Assembly (NCBI GenBank): GCA_963675595.2
Contig: CAXXLZ010000002.1
Span: 1,056,001-1,120,000 of the forward strand
Length of the DNA: 64,000 bases
Direction of reading: 5' to 3'
Source: Thermodesulfobacteriota bacterium
GTDB lineage: Bacteria > Desulfobacterota > Desulfarculia > JACQYL01
Positions 40,899 to 50,518 of this stretch are shown here, piece after piece. Made by a program: the position numbers and the translations under genes. Below the pieces are notes generated by a model. The model worked only from the letters and a program-made list of their open reading frames with translations, was not told where the DNA came from and did no database searches. Numbering within the stretch: position 1 is the stretch's first letter; each line of letters begins with the position of its first letter.

Positions 40899-41927
40899 CT
40901 ATCTGCCCCACGCCTCCAGGATGCGTGTCTCCAGGTCCGTATCCTTGATGCCCCAGCCCGGCAGAAAAACGTCCTGCTGCCAGCAGAAGGCCATGACCGC
41001 CTCCGGGGTCTTGGCCGCGGCGCTCACGCCCTCGTAGATGTCATGAATGGCCCGGAATTTGGCCGCGGCATCGGCTCCGGATTCGATGTGGTTGATTTCG
41101 GTGATGACCCATTTGGACCGGCTTTCGTCTCCGATTTCGTCCACCTTGACGAGATTCTGGAAGCCTTTCACGCTCCCGAAATCGAAATCTCCCGGTCGCT
41201 GGTAGGCGTGGAAATTGAATCGATCCGTGTATCGTTCAAGGCCGAGTTCCAGCAGGCGCTTCGCGATCTTGTGGTAGTCATCTTCCGTGATGCTCGTGAT
41301 CCCCGCGTTCCACACCTCGACCTCGGGGTCATACGTTTTGATCAGCTCATAGGTTCGGCTCAGGAACGCGATATATTCTTCCGGCGTAATCTTGCCGCCC
41401 GTCGGGCCGAGCATGTAACGACCCGGCTCCCACGGCTCGTTCCAGACCTGGTAGGCGTGTACCCGTCCGGCATTCGTCCGGACCATGTCCACCACGTAGG
41501 GCGTCCATTCGTGCTCGAACCAGTAGTCGTCGGAAGGCAGCGCCGTCGGATGGTTCGAATAGCGGCTCTGGTCTTCCAACCGAAACACGAGCTTCAAATC
41601 GTACTGCTCGCACCAATGAGCCATCTCCTCAATGTGCGGCCGGACGTTGCGGTCGTCCCACCACGCTTTCCACGGGTTGCTCACCACCCAGTCGCCCATG
41701 TGTTTGATGCGCTCGAAATCGTCGCGGCCGGGATACTCGATGGTGTAGGCGTCGGGATCGCCGGCCACGGGTGCGTAGGCCAGAGGCAAGACATGGAAGC
41801 CGAACCGCTCCGGCCCCAAGGGTTCGTCCGGATCCCCCGAAAGTCCTCCGCAGCCCGTAACAATGAGCAGGCATACGAACACGGCTATGATGATGCCCCG
41901 GGAAAACGCTCCAAATGTCTTTCGCAT
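40899..41927 (-). CDS. Lipoprotein glycoside hydrolase, clan GH-A (GH5/GH39-like)
   Basis: Lipobox LIVTGC, acid/base YQVWNEP, NFHAY, nucleophile WVITE; AAGGAG RBS. Confidence 0.82.
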   Translation of the reverse strand: MRKTFGAFSRGIIIAVFVCLLIVTGCGGLSGDPDEPLGPERFGFHVLPLAYAPVAGDPDAYTIEYPGRDDFERIKHMGDWVVSNPWKAWWDDRNVRPHIEEMAHWCEQYDLKLVFRLEDQSRYSNHPTALPSDDYWFEHEWTPYVVDMVRTNAGRVHAYQVWNEPWEPGRYMLGPTGGKITPEEYIAFLSRTYELIKTYDPEVEVWNAGITSITEDDYHKIAKRLLELGLERYTDRFNFHAYQRPGDFDFGSVKGFQNLVKVDEIGDESRSKWVITEINHIESGADAAAKFRAIHDIYEGVSAAAKTPEAVMAFCWQQDVFLPGWGIKDTDLETRILEAWGR

Positions 41928-41953
41928 TTCGTGCTCCTTTCTATGATTCCGGT

Positions 41954-41981
41954 GTAGGGGCGGTTCGCGAACCGCCCCTAC
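41954..41981. repeat. Family B REP
   Basis: Perfect 28-bp palindrome GTAGGGGCGGTTCGCGAACCGCCCCTAC. Confidence 0.92.
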
Positions 41982-41988
41982 GGGGTTC

Positions 41989-44900
41989 TCATTTCCAGTG
42001 CCTCAATTCGTCTCGAATCGTTTTGCCGATGCGTCCGCGTTTGACGCCTTCCACCACGATGTCCGTAATTTCATTGCCCAAGACCCTCTTGGCCACGGAC
42101 GCAACCTTGCGCCCCACGGCCTCGGGGTCCGTGTCGCCGGTGACATGAATGGAAAAATGCAGGTTCACGGCATCCTTGGCGATGTGCACCGACGGTCCGG
42201 CCGATCCGCCGTTGGACAGCAGGGATAGGGGCAACACGACTTCCGGACCTTTCTCGGCGATGCGGGCGATCTGCGGAGTCACGGCGACGCCGCCGTCCGC
42301 GTAGGACGCACCGAGGAAGTTGGCGATGCCGGCCATGATGCCCGACAGGTTGGCCAGGTCCGTGAGGGCCGTGTCCTTGAGGGTCCTAAGGTAGTCGTTG
42401 ATGGGTGAGTTGCTCCCCAGGTACACGTTCAGGGCCTTGGAAACCGCGCTCGCCTGGGCTTCGTAGACTTCACTCCCGGCCGTCATGATCATGCCGTAAT
42501 AGGTCGCCGCCTGTTCCTGGATCAGACCGAGGGACGTCTCGGCCGCCTTCAGGGCTTCCACCGTCGGGTCCCTGTAGTCCCGGTCGAGACGATCCGCCTC
42601 GTCCTTGATGGTCTGCAGGTACCCGGCATACTGCGTGTTCAGGTCCGTCAACGCCTGGTTGCGTTCCGTATCCAGCCGAGCGATTTCGGTATTATTGGCT
42701 TCGATTCGCTGATCGATGGAATCCAGCAGCCCTTCCTGCGCCGTGATCTGCAAATCAATGGCGTTCAGGGCTTCCACCTGGGCCGCGTTGAGGGCGTTGA
42801 GTTCTTCCTGGAGCGCCGCCGTGTCGCTTGCATTGGCGTCGGCATCGGACTGGAGGGCTTCCAGGCCGGAGAGCACTTCCTGATAGAGCTCCTGGTACTC
42901 GGGACTCGGACGCTGCCAGGCCTCCTGTCCGAGGTTCAGGAGATCGCCGTACAGGTTCTGCAACTGCCCGGCGTACTGGATTTTCTCGTCGCCTGTGGCC
43001 CCGGCGTAGAGGCTCTGCACGCGGGCGATCTCCGCGCGCGCGATGTCGATCCGCTCCTCGATATCCTGCTGGTTGTCCCAGTTGAGCTTCATGTCCAGGA
43101 TTTGATCGGCGATGGATTCCGAAAGCCGCTTCCATTCTTCGGCCGCGGCGATCTGTGCTTCAATGGCGTCGATTTGGGTCCGGTAGGACTCTTCCAGGGC
43201 GGACTTTTCGGTGTTCAATGCATTGATACGATTCTGGATTTCGCCGCGATTGGACTGGAGCGTTTCGTTTTCGGTTTGGAGCGCTTCAATCTGCGCATCA
43301 TAGCCCGCGTTGATGCTCGACACCGCCGCGTTGTACGCCTGCTGCAGGTAGGCGTAAGCGTCCTGAAGCGCCTGGGCTCGGCCTTCGATATCGTCGGGCT
43401 CCAGCGCCAAGCCGGCGTTCCATGCGGCCTGGGCCCGGGAGAACGCGTAGCCGATCTGATTGGAATAGTCGCCGGAGAGCCCGGCCAGGGTGGAACCGAT
43501 GTCCGCGGACAAATCGCGGAGCTGATTCAGGTAGGCGAGCACGCCTTGCAGCCGGGAGATTTCGGCCTCGTACAAGGCGGTCTGCATGGCGAGCGCTTCG
43601 TCGAGCCCGGTTTCCACTTGACCCAGCAGTTCGAGTTTGCGGGCCGGGTCGGCTTCGTTCTGGAAGGCGTTCCAGGCATCCACGGTGTGGTTCCACACGA
43701 TGCCGAAGGTTTCGCTGGATCCGGTCAACGAGTCGATCTTGGCCTGGAGCCGGGTGGTGAACTCGTACTGAGCCGCGTTCAACGCCTCCAGCTCGTCCCG
43801 CAGCCCTTCCACGAACGCCTTTTCCGATTCGTAGCGGTCCACGACCAGGGCCTTGATCTGGTTGAGGTAATCGATTTGTTCCGAGGGGTCGTTGGTCTCG
43901 CCGAATTTCTCCCAAAGCAAGGAGATGGATTCTCCGGTGTCGGCCATTTGATTCTGAAACGCCTGGACACCGTAAGGGTCTTCGCCGGAGATGGCCAGGG
44001 AGGCTTCCTCCAAGTCTTCCATCGACTCCCGCGCCGTGCCGATGGCCTGGGCCAGCCGTACCACCACGTCGCGCCAATCTTCGCCCTCCTTCGCCATGTG
44101 TCCGAAGGTTTCGCGAGAAGTTGTCGCAAAAATCGAATCCGGACCGAACAGCTCGTCGGCGAAGTCCATGATAATGTTCGCGGCCACGTCCGTGAAGGCA
44201 TCCTGCACCGTCTCCACGTCCTCAGTTTGGAAGGACCATCCCTCATGATCCGCCATGAGCTCGGTGAACGACTTTTTCATCTCGCCGCCGACGCCGTCGA
44301 AAAACGACCGAATACTCTTGATGAAATCGGTATTCTGGGCGCTGGTCCAATCCTCTCCGCTCTGACTCATATGGCGGGCCGACTCAAACCAGGTGCGGCC
44401 TCCGGCGCCTTCCCGAAAACCCACCTGCAGATTAGGCGCTTCGGGGGATGCTCCATACAGGTTGCTGAAGAACCCGCCCGGATCCCAGAAATTGAGGGCC
44501 ATGCCAATGGGTTCTCCCATAGTAGCAAATCCGCCCGCGACCGGCCCTTCCAATGCTCTGAACCAGGGAGATTCCGCCCGCTTTGCGATGTCCTTGCTGT
44601 TGAACCAGGGGATTTTGTCGCTGCTCAGTATCGGTCCGAGAAACTGCCCCGCGTAGGGAATCATGTAGGCCGCCCCGGTCCCGAACTGGTGCCATCCCAG
44701 CGCGTTGTTGCCTTTGGAGAAGGATTGGCCCGATTGCAGCATGGAGAGCGCCAAACCTAAGTAGTTGGCAGTTCCATAGGCCGAACCAGCGCTGGTCGAG
44801 GATTCGGGCATGGGTCCGACACCCGGATCGATCTCGGCATACGGATTCTTGGACCGTCCGCCGAACCACCCTGACCACAGGCCTCGCATGTTGCCCCAAG

Positions 44901-45870
44901 CTTGACTCATGATGCTCGTCCAGGTGGCCTCTGTGGTGGTCTTACCACCCTCGGGAACCGTGAACAGTTCTCGGATTCCTGAGACGACGGATTCGCCGAG
45001 CATGTTGGATAGCAACCGTTTAAAAGCATCCTCGATGCCTCGAAAACTGAGCTCGGCATTGTCCAGAACAGCGTTAAAGGTATCCGAGAGCTGATTCTCG
45101 AGCACGCCTGCCATGCGCTTCCATCCGGAAGTCGCCGAGTCGGTAGCCTCCACCTGTTTCTTCACTTTCCCCGTACTGTCGCTCACCGTGGCCGCGTATC
45201 CGGAAACCGCCGACGCCGCCTCTCCCGCGTCTCGAACAAACATCTCGAACTGCGAGTTCGCCCGTTCTCCTTCGTCCGCCGTGCGTCGCACGGCCATGCC
45301 GTATTGATCCGCCGCCACGTTGATATAACCCAGCCGCTCGTCCAGCACGGTCACGGTTCGCACGAATTGGTCATGATTCCAAGTGAAGTCCGGTAGCGCA
45401 GCTCCCAGGCGGGTCAGACAATCGAGATTCGAGGATAACGCGGCGTTATAGCTCACGAACGTGTCTGCAGCCTTACCGGCTTTCTCAGACGCTTTACCCA
45501 CGGACTCGGCCGCTTCGACACCGAAAGCCTTGGAACCCAGGTCGATGGAAAAGTCCATAGCCTCCCTCATGCGCTCCGTACTGCCCGTCACACCTTCGAG
45601 CAGCTTCTCCAACCGCTCGAAGCGCACGCCCGTATCCCAGAACGACTTTGCCAAATTGGCCGGCCAGCTCTTGAACAACCCCTGCAGGTTGAAAATGCGC
45701 TGTTCAACTTGGCCGAGCATATCCGTGACGCCGGAATAGCCGAGCTTAACCCCGTCCCAGCCCTTCCGGAGGCCGGTCTTGAGACGATCCGTATTCATCA
45801 GGATGGTATCTACGCCCTGAACATATCCGGACGCGTCCAACCTCGCCGCCAATGTGTGGATTTCAGCCAT
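41989..45870 (-). CDS. Tail tape measure protein
   Basis: 1293 aa, Ala-rich helical; C-terminal YADGGV..PQIARIAEKGPEVVLPL; follows the tail chaperones. Confidence 0.92.
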   Translation of the reverse strand: MAEIHTLAARLDASGYVQGVDTILMNTDRLKTGLRKGWDGVKLGYSGVTDMLGQVEQRIFNLQGLFKSWPANLAKSFWDTGVRFERLEKLLEGVTGSTERMREAMDFSIDLGSKAFGVEAAESVGKASEKAGKAADTFVSYNAALSSNLDCLTRLGAALPDFTWNHDQFVRTVTVLDERLGYINVAADQYGMAVRRTADEGERANSQFEMFVRDAGEAASAVSGYAATVSDSTGKVKKQVEATDSATSGWKRMAGVLENQLSDTFNAVLDNAELSFRGIEDAFKRLLSNMLGESVVSGIRELFTVPEGGKTTTEATWTSIMSQAWGNMRGLWSGWFGGRSKNPYAEIDPGVGPMPESSTSAGSAYGTANYLGLALSMLQSGQSFSKGNNALGWHQFGTGAAYMIPYAGQFLGPILSSDKIPWFNSKDIAKRAESPWFRALEGPVAGGFATMGEPIGMALNFWDPGGFFSNLYGASPEAPNLQVGFREGAGGRTWFESARHMSQSGEDWTSAQNTDFIKSIRSFFDGVGGEMKKSFTELMADHEGWSFQTEDVETVQDAFTDVAANIIMDFADELFGPDSIFATTSRETFGHMAKEGEDWRDVVVRLAQAIGTARESMEDLEEASLAISGEDPYGVQAFQNQMADTGESISLLWEKFGETNDPSEQIDYLNQIKALVVDRYESEKAFVEGLRDELEALNAAQYEFTTRLQAKIDSLTGSSETFGIVWNHTVDAWNAFQNEADPARKLELLGQVETGLDEALAMQTALYEAEISRLQGVLAYLNQLRDLSADIGSTLAGLSGDYSNQIGYAFSRAQAAWNAGLALEPDDIEGRAQALQDAYAYLQQAYNAAVSSINAGYDAQIEALQTENETLQSNRGEIQNRINALNTEKSALEESYRTQIDAIEAQIAAAEEWKRLSESIADQILDMKLNWDNQQDIEERIDIARAEIARVQSLYAGATGDEKIQYAGQLQNLYGDLLNLGQEAWQRPSPEYQELYQEVLSGLEALQSDADANASDTAALQEELNALNAAQVEALNAIDLQITAQEGLLDSIDQRIEANNTEIARLDTERNQALTDLNTQYAGYLQTIKDEADRLDRDYRDPTVEALKAAETSLGLIQEQAATYYGMIMTAGSEVYEAQASAVSKALNVYLGSNSPINDYLRTLKDTALTDLANLSGIMAGIANFLGASYADGGVAVTPQIARIAEKGPEVVLPLSLLSNGGSAGPSVHIAKDAVNLHFSIHVTGDTDPEAVGRKVASVAKRVLGNEITDIVVEGVKRGRIGKTIRDELRHWK

Positions 45871-45878
45871 CTACCTTT

Positions 45879-46226
45879 TCACTTCCTCGATGCCGCCCAG
45901 GACAAATACTCCCGGTCGATGGTCTTCACCTGCTCCACCAACTCCAGCCTGTACTCCTTGGGCACTTCCCTCAAATCCAGGTACGCCACAATTTCTCCCA
46001 GAGGGATGGGCCCCGGAACCAAGCCGCCCATGCCCGCCGGCGCGTACCCCCGGAAGGGATGTAGAAACCGCCAGGACTCCCACCCGGCATCGAATCCGGG
46101 AGCCAGTTCGGGCGGGTTCCATTCGGGTACCTGAATTCCATAACGTTCCGCGTCCTCCGGCCGGATCGCCCCCAGGTGCTCCTGTTTTTCCGCGTTACGA
46201 AAGACCCAACGGGCGAAATCAATCAG
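45879..46226 (-). CDS. Tail assembly chaperone T segment, reached by -1 frameshift
   Basis: Not in the ORF track; open frame LIDFARWVFRNAEKQ...GPIPLGEIVAYLDL...IDREYLSWAASRK* after slippery A AAA AAC. Confidence 0.85.
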   Translation of the reverse strand: MIDFARWVFRNAEKQEHLGAIRPEDAERYGIQVPEWNPPELAPGFDAGWESWRFLHPFRGYAPAGMGGLVPGPIPLGEIVAYLDLREVPKEYRLELVEQVKTIDREYLSWAASRK

Positions 46227-46606
46227 TTTTTTTCGTCGGTTTCCTCATCCGTGAAGTTGTGCACGTTCAACGCAATCCCCACCACCAGTTCCCGAAAGTC
46301 GGGAAAGTCCATGAGGTATCGGTACCGCTTGTCCGGAGTGCACTCCACCGGCTCCCCGTTCTCATCAACGCCCTCCCAATCCAGAAGCACCGCCTCGGAC
46401 AACGCCTTGGTGGACAGCTCCGTCTGAGTGTCCTCGGGAATCGTACGCATGTTCTTGAACGGCCTGCGCAGGCGCTTGAGCACGCTCTCGTGCCGCTCAT
46501 TGCCCACCTTGGCGATCTTCAATCGAGCTCCGTCCCCCACGTCGAACCACTTGCCCGAGGTCGCCTCGTCCGTCACCCGATACACCTTCGTTATGTCCAA
46601 TCCCAT
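46223..46606 (-). CDS. Tail assembly chaperone G
   Basis: G.WF, RLKIA, VLLDWEGV; ends EKN at a slippery site. Confidence 0.88.
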   Translation of the reverse strand: MGLDITKVYRVTDEATSGKWFDVGDGARLKIAKVGNERHESVLKRLRRPFKNMRTIPEDTQTELSTKALSEAVLLDWEGVDENGEPVECTPDKRYRYLMDFPDFRELVVGIALNVHNFTDEETDEKN

Positions 46607-46637
46607 GAAACCTCCTGATTTCTTTTCGGGATGGAAC

Positions 46638-46928
46638 CAGGAACCCTTTGAAAAGGGTTCCTGAGACCTCCCAAACTTTCTAAGTGTGGGTTCCGCCTTC
46701 GGCAGGAACCGCCGGGGCGTATGGCACGCTGTGTGCGCCTCCCATAGGGTGACTGTCTATGGTTCCCGAACTCTCCTGAACTTCTTGAGTGTTGGGTCCC
46801 CCTTCTTCAGGGAGCCGACGAAATCCGTGCCGCTGCCCTGTTACTCCTCGCCGAAGGCGGGGTGGAACCTGCTCAAGGTTTTTGGGGAAGGGGCGGGAAA
46901 CCCCTTTTTTCAAAAAGGGGTTTCCCGC
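46638..46928. repeat. Family C inverted pair enclosing small hairpins
   Basis: CAGGAACCCTTTGAAAAGGGTTCCTG..CTCCCAAACTTT ... AAGGTTTTTGGGGAAGGGGCGGGAAACCCCTTTTTTCAAAAAGGGGTTTCCCGC. Confidence 0.85.
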
Positions 46929-46932
46929 TCTC

Positions 46933-48060
46933 TCATCTTGAAATCAGAATCTGCGATCCCAGGGTTTCGTCCAGCAGGGCCTGGAAGGGCATATCCAGCA
47001 TGATTTCGTTTTCTCCGCCCACTTGAGGCGTACTGCCGCTGAATTCAATGTTGGGGATGTAGATTCGATACTGGTTGCCGTCGGCATCCGGGATGCGCAG
47101 GTCCAGGCTTGAGGGCGTTTTGTCGAGCCATTTGTTGAGCAAGGTCAGATCCTGGAAGAGCGCCGACAGGGAGCCGGTGAGGTTGGACCGACCTTCGGAG
47201 ATGTCCGCCTTGCTGTTGCTTCCCAGCGTGTAGACCGCGTTGAGATTGTTGGCTAGGTTGAGGGTCACCGAGGCCACGAGCGCGATGACGGTTCCGCCTT
47301 CCTTGACCATCATGGAGTTGTCGGAACCTTCGAAGGGATCGTTGGAAGCCACGGCCGAGGGCGATCCCAAGGGGGATGAAGTGAAGCTCTGGCTCTTGCC
47401 CGACAGTCCTAAGGACCCGGTGATCATAGCGTTGGGACGGATTTCGAGGCTCAACGTGTCCACCAGGCATCCGGTGAACACCGCGCCTTTGGCGATGTCC
47501 GCGAACCACTTTTCGATGGTGAAGGACTTCTGCACGCTCCCGGCCTTCAAGAACTCGCAGGAAATCGTGATGGAGGTGCCGGAACCTTCATCCGCCATGG
47601 CTTCCACCGTGACCAACGATCCGGAAGCCGCCGTGGCCACGGTGTAGTACCCGTCATTACTTACCGAATCCGATACGCGGATCACGTCTCCCACTTCGAA
47701 CGCTCCCAAGCCGTTGCCCGAATCCGTGATGGTCTTGGATGCCTGATCGAGGGAAATGGTGGCTGCGGTGACCTTCTTGGTTTCGTCCCACGTGTTCCAG
47801 AGAGCTCCTTCCAAAAAGGCGTCGAGGGCCCCGTATGAAAATTCGAAGTTGAAGGACCCCCGCACGTCCACCGCGCCTCGAGACACCGCGGCAATCATCC
47901 GGTCTCCCCGGATTTCGTTGCTCTGTAACTGCTCGATGCTTCCCGCCAAAGACTCGGTGGTGTACCGAACCTTCTTCATGGACGGCGTCTCGGGAGTCGT
48001 TCCCCATTCCACCTCGGGCACATAATTCAACTGGGCCCTGGAACCCGATGCATACGGCAT
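46933..48060 (-). CDS. Tail tube (major tail) protein
   Basis: ASGSR.Q..Y..E..WGTTP, SNEIRGDR, SFTIEK.F.D, FTGC.V; no sheath gene nearby. Confidence 0.9.
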   Translation of the reverse strand: MPYASGSRAQLNYVPEVEWGTTPETPSMKKVRYTTESLAGSIEQLQSNEIRGDRMIAAVSRGAVDVRGSFNFEFSYGALDAFLEGALWNTWDETKKVTAATISLDQASKTITDSGNGLGAFEVGDVIRVSDSVSNDGYYTVATAASGSLVTVEAMADEGSGTSITISCEFLKAGSVQKSFTIEKWFADIAKGAVFTGCLVDTLSLEIRPNAMITGSLGLSGKSQSFTSSPLGSPSAVASNDPFEGSDNSMMVKEGGTVIALVASVTLNLANNLNAVYTLGSNSKADISEGRSNLTGSLSALFQDLTLLNKWLDKTPSSLDLRIPDADGNQYRIYIPNIEFSGSTPQVGGENEIMLDMPFQALLDETLGSQILISR

Positions 48061-48087
48061 GATGAACTCCTATTTTCTGGTAGAAGA

Positions 48088-48114
48088 TAGGGGCGGTTCG
48101 CGAACCGCCCCTAC
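48088..48114. repeat. Family B REP
   Basis: TAGGGGCGGTTCGCGAACCGCCCCTAC. Confidence 0.9.
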
Positions 48115-48121
48115 GTAAGTC

Positions 48122-48523
48122 CTATTCCCCCACGCATTCGAAAGCCGTGAAGGGGCAGAGCACCGGGATTTGGAGCCGTTGGTCTCCGGTGATGGCCGGA
48201 GTGGGATAGGGTGCTCGGAAGCGGATGTGCCCCACGGTTTTTCGGTTGAACAAGGCACGGAGGCCGTCCACCAGGGTCCAGGCGGTTTCCGTGCCTTGAG
48301 CCTTGGGCACAAAGACATTGATGTGCAGCAGGCCGGGGACGTGGTTGGACCCGCCGGTTCCCAGGGTGGCGGCTTCCACTCGTCCGGGGAGGATGGCCGG
48401 TTGAATCCAGGGTTGGGCTTCGGGAGGCGCAAAGGACGTGTTGGGCCAATGGATTTGCGTAACGGTCCAGTATTCCGAAAGGTAGGGTTCAATTACGTTC
48501 CGAATGTCCGTGTAGGTGTCCAT
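48122..48523 (-). CDS. Tail terminator-like protein
   Basis: WPN..F.PP..PW, G...INVFVP...G; position before the tube gene. Confidence 0.82.
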   Translation of the reverse strand: MDTYTDIRNVIEPYLSEYWTVTQIHWPNTSFAPPEAQPWIQPAILPGRVEAATLGTGGSNHVPGLLHINVFVPKAQGTETAWTLVDGLRALFNRKTVGHIRFRAPYPTPAITGDQRLQIPVLCPFTAFECVGE

Positions 48524-48526
48524 GCG

Positions 48527-48681
48527 TTAACGCCTCCGCCAATGGGTTCAGCGATAGACCGTAGGAGATCGATGAGATGTACCGGGCGCTCACCCCGAAA
48601 CCCGAGGAGTGTGACGGAGTACGACGCGAGCACGAAGGACATGCGGCAACGCAACAAAGTGCCTGTTTCCACAGCCGGTCA
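48527..48681 (-). repeat. MITE family A, degenerate copy inside the virion cluster
   Basis: GATGAGATG..GGCGC..CCGAGGA..GTACG..GCAACGC..TTTCCACAGCCGGTCA is collinear with the reverse complement of 20619-20775. Confidence 0.7.
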
Positions 48682-49086
48682 AACCCAACCGCATTTCTTT
48701 GCCGCTTCCGTGAAAATTCCTGCCGACTCATCCAAGGCCACCGCCGTCATACTCGCGGGAGCCTGAGCTGAATGCCCGTGTTCGAGGAGCCTGATGTAGG
48801 CCACGTTGTTGTAGACCCACCATTCAGGACTGGTGAGTCCTCCCAGGGACGGAGTCTCGGGTGCGGGATAGTGCTCGGAACCGGAGTCCGGCGTCCATGG
48901 GGACCACCGGGATTCAAGCCGCCACCCCGCCCGCGCGTAGCCGGTGTCTACCGAGGTAAGCAACGTCACGCGAGAATGCAGAGCTTGAGCCACGGCCTTA
49001 CAGATTCGTTCCGGCTTCTTGGACACGGCTTTCTTGTAGCGGTCCAGGCCTCTATTGAATTCCTTGATGTTCAGTTCGAATTCCAT
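48679..49086 (-). CDS. HK97 gp10-like neck / tail completion protein
   Basis: VDTGYARAGW, NNVAYIRLLEHGHSAQAP. Confidence 0.88.
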   Translation of the reverse strand: MEFELNIKEFNRGLDRYKKAVSKKPERICKAVAQALHSRVTLLTSVDTGYARAGWRLESRWSPWTPDSGSEHYPAPETPSLGGLTSPEWWVYNNVAYIRLLEHGHSAQAPASMTAVALDESAGIFTEAAKKCGWV

Positions 49087-49099
49087 TTGTGTAACCTGA

Positions 49100-49139
49100 G
49101 ACCTAGTAGGGGCGGTTCGCGAACCGCCCCTACTAGGTC
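49100..49139. repeat. Family B REP extended to a perfect 40-bp palindrome
   Basis: GACCTAGTAGGGGCGGTTCG|CGAACCGCCCCTACTAGGTC. Confidence 0.93.
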
Positions 49140-49486
49140 CTGCGAAGATGCAGCTCGTAATACGCTTCCGACAAGTCCAGATTGACCAAGACCACGCTGT
49201 AGGTCCGTCCACCCACAGTCACCCGGTCTCCCGGTTCCGGAGCGGTCCCGTGCACGCTCACCAAGCCCTTACGGTCTCCGTCCACAATGCGTCCCTGACC
49301 CATGACTCTTTCGGTGTCCGAAAATTGGGATTCCAGGAGCGCACCGGTCCACACGATGGAATCTTCGGACACGGCCCCGGTTTCCGGATCGTAGGTCCCT
49401 TGAGGCCGAATGAAGGTCGCCGCCGTTCCCAGGCCTTCGATGAGCTGCCTCGCCATGCGTTGGGCTCGTGCCTTCACGAAAAACAC
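49133..49486 (-). CDS. Head closure (stopper) protein
   Basis: LI..LG, YDPETG, I..GDRK, PEPGD, YELHLRR. Confidence 0.8.
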   Translation of the reverse strand: MFFVKARAQRMARQLIEGLGTAATFIRPQGTYDPETGAVSEDSIVWTGALLESQFSDTERVMGQGRIVDGDRKGLVSVHGTAPEPGDRVTVGGRTYSVVLVNLDLSEAYYELHLRRT

Positions 49487-49487
49487 G

Positions 49488-49970
49488 CTATCCTCTCCTC
49501 AAAACCACCGATCCGGGACACGACCGGAATGGCGCGATCAGCCGATCCACCGCGGGCGGAAACGCGCCTCCGGGGTCCACTCCGGAAAGGGACATGGATA
49601 ATCCGCCCACGGAAAAAGACTGGACTCCCTCCAACGGGCTGTCCCCACCGGACAACAGCCACAGAGCCAGTTCACAGGCCGCGTCTTGAACCCGGTCCGG
49701 GATCGCGTTCTCGAGCACCAACGCGTCGAACAGATACACTCCGGCCCTGGGCCACTCCAGAGCCTGAGCCTCGGAAGTCTTCTCCCCGGTCCACCGAATA
49801 CGGTCCATCCGACGCGCAACGTCCATCAACGCCTTCTGCCGCGTCTCCGTATTCGCCGAATCCCAAGGCCCGGAACCCGTACGCTTGGCGAAGTAATCAT
49901 CCGCATCTTCCAAGGACACGTAGGTGTTCGTCGAACCTCCACCCACGGTTGCGTCAAATGTAACGGACAC
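49488..49970 (-). CDS. Head-tail adaptor (DnaT-like family)
   Basis: NTYVSLEDAD.YF..R, QALEWPR, IP..V..A.CELAL. Confidence 0.88.
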   Translation of the reverse strand: MSVTFDATVGGGSTNTYVSLEDADDYFAKRTGSGPWDSANTETRQKALMDVARRMDRIRWTGEKTSEAQALEWPRAGVYLFDALVLENAIPDRVQDAACELALWLLSGGDSPLEGVQSFSVGGLSMSLSGVDPGGAFPPAVDRLIAPFRSCPGSVVLRRG

Positions 49971-50029
49971 GTCAGCCTCCTTTTTGGGAGCCCTTTAGCG
50001 TTGCGGCACCCTTTGGGAGCCGCCGGAGC

Positions 50030-50130
50030 GTGCGCAACGTTGTGTGCGCCTCCCGCAGGGTGGCGCCTGCTTGGGGGTCCCGAACCCTCCCAAATTTTTC
50101 AGGTGGGGGTTCCGCCTTCGGCGGTCCCCT
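50030..50130. repeat. Family C degenerate left unit with accessory hairpins
   Basis: GTGTGCGCCTCCC..AGGGTG..TCCCGAACCCTCCCAAATTTTT matches 46731-46787. Confidence 0.7.
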
Positions 50131-50156
50131 GGAGTGCGTGAGTCAAGATCCGGATG

Positions 50157-50405
50157 CTATTTTCGCTTGTTGTGGTCATTCGGCCTTCGTTTGTGGGACA
50201 ACCCAGCCCCACTTGTTTCGTTTTCACCGGCGCTCGCCGCCTTGCTCTCACCTTGAGAAAGGCTCGGGGTGAGGATTTCCACTGTCGGCCCGGTCGGCGG
50301 TTCCTTCAACCACCCCGCCTCCAGGTATCCTCCGGCATCCTGCTCGTTGACCCGAATGCGCCGGCCTTTTCCACTCCAAAGCATCACAGTCGGAATCTCG
50401 GCCAT
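50157..50405 (-). CDS. Small protein downstream of the capsid gene
   Basis: 82 aa, GAGG RBS, IRVNE.D...Y..AGW. Confidence 0.65.
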   Translation of the reverse strand: MAEIPTVMLWSGKGRRIRVNEQDAGGYLEAGWLKEPPTGPTVEILTPSLSQGESKAASAGENETSGAGLSHKRRPNDHNKRK

Positions 50406-50450
50406 AAGCCTCTCACTCCGGCCCCTCCGCCAGGGCGGTGGGGCCCGCTT

Positions 50451-50505
50451 AAAATGTTTTCGGAGGGGGTTCGGGGGAACCCTTTTTCAAAAGGGTTCCC
50501 CCTCC
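50451..50505. repeat. Family C hairpin repeat
   Basis: AAAATGTTTTCGGAGGGGGTTCGGGGGAACCCTTTTTCAAAAGGGTTCCCCC. Confidence 0.85.
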
Positions 50506-50518
50506 TTCATCTCTCCGC

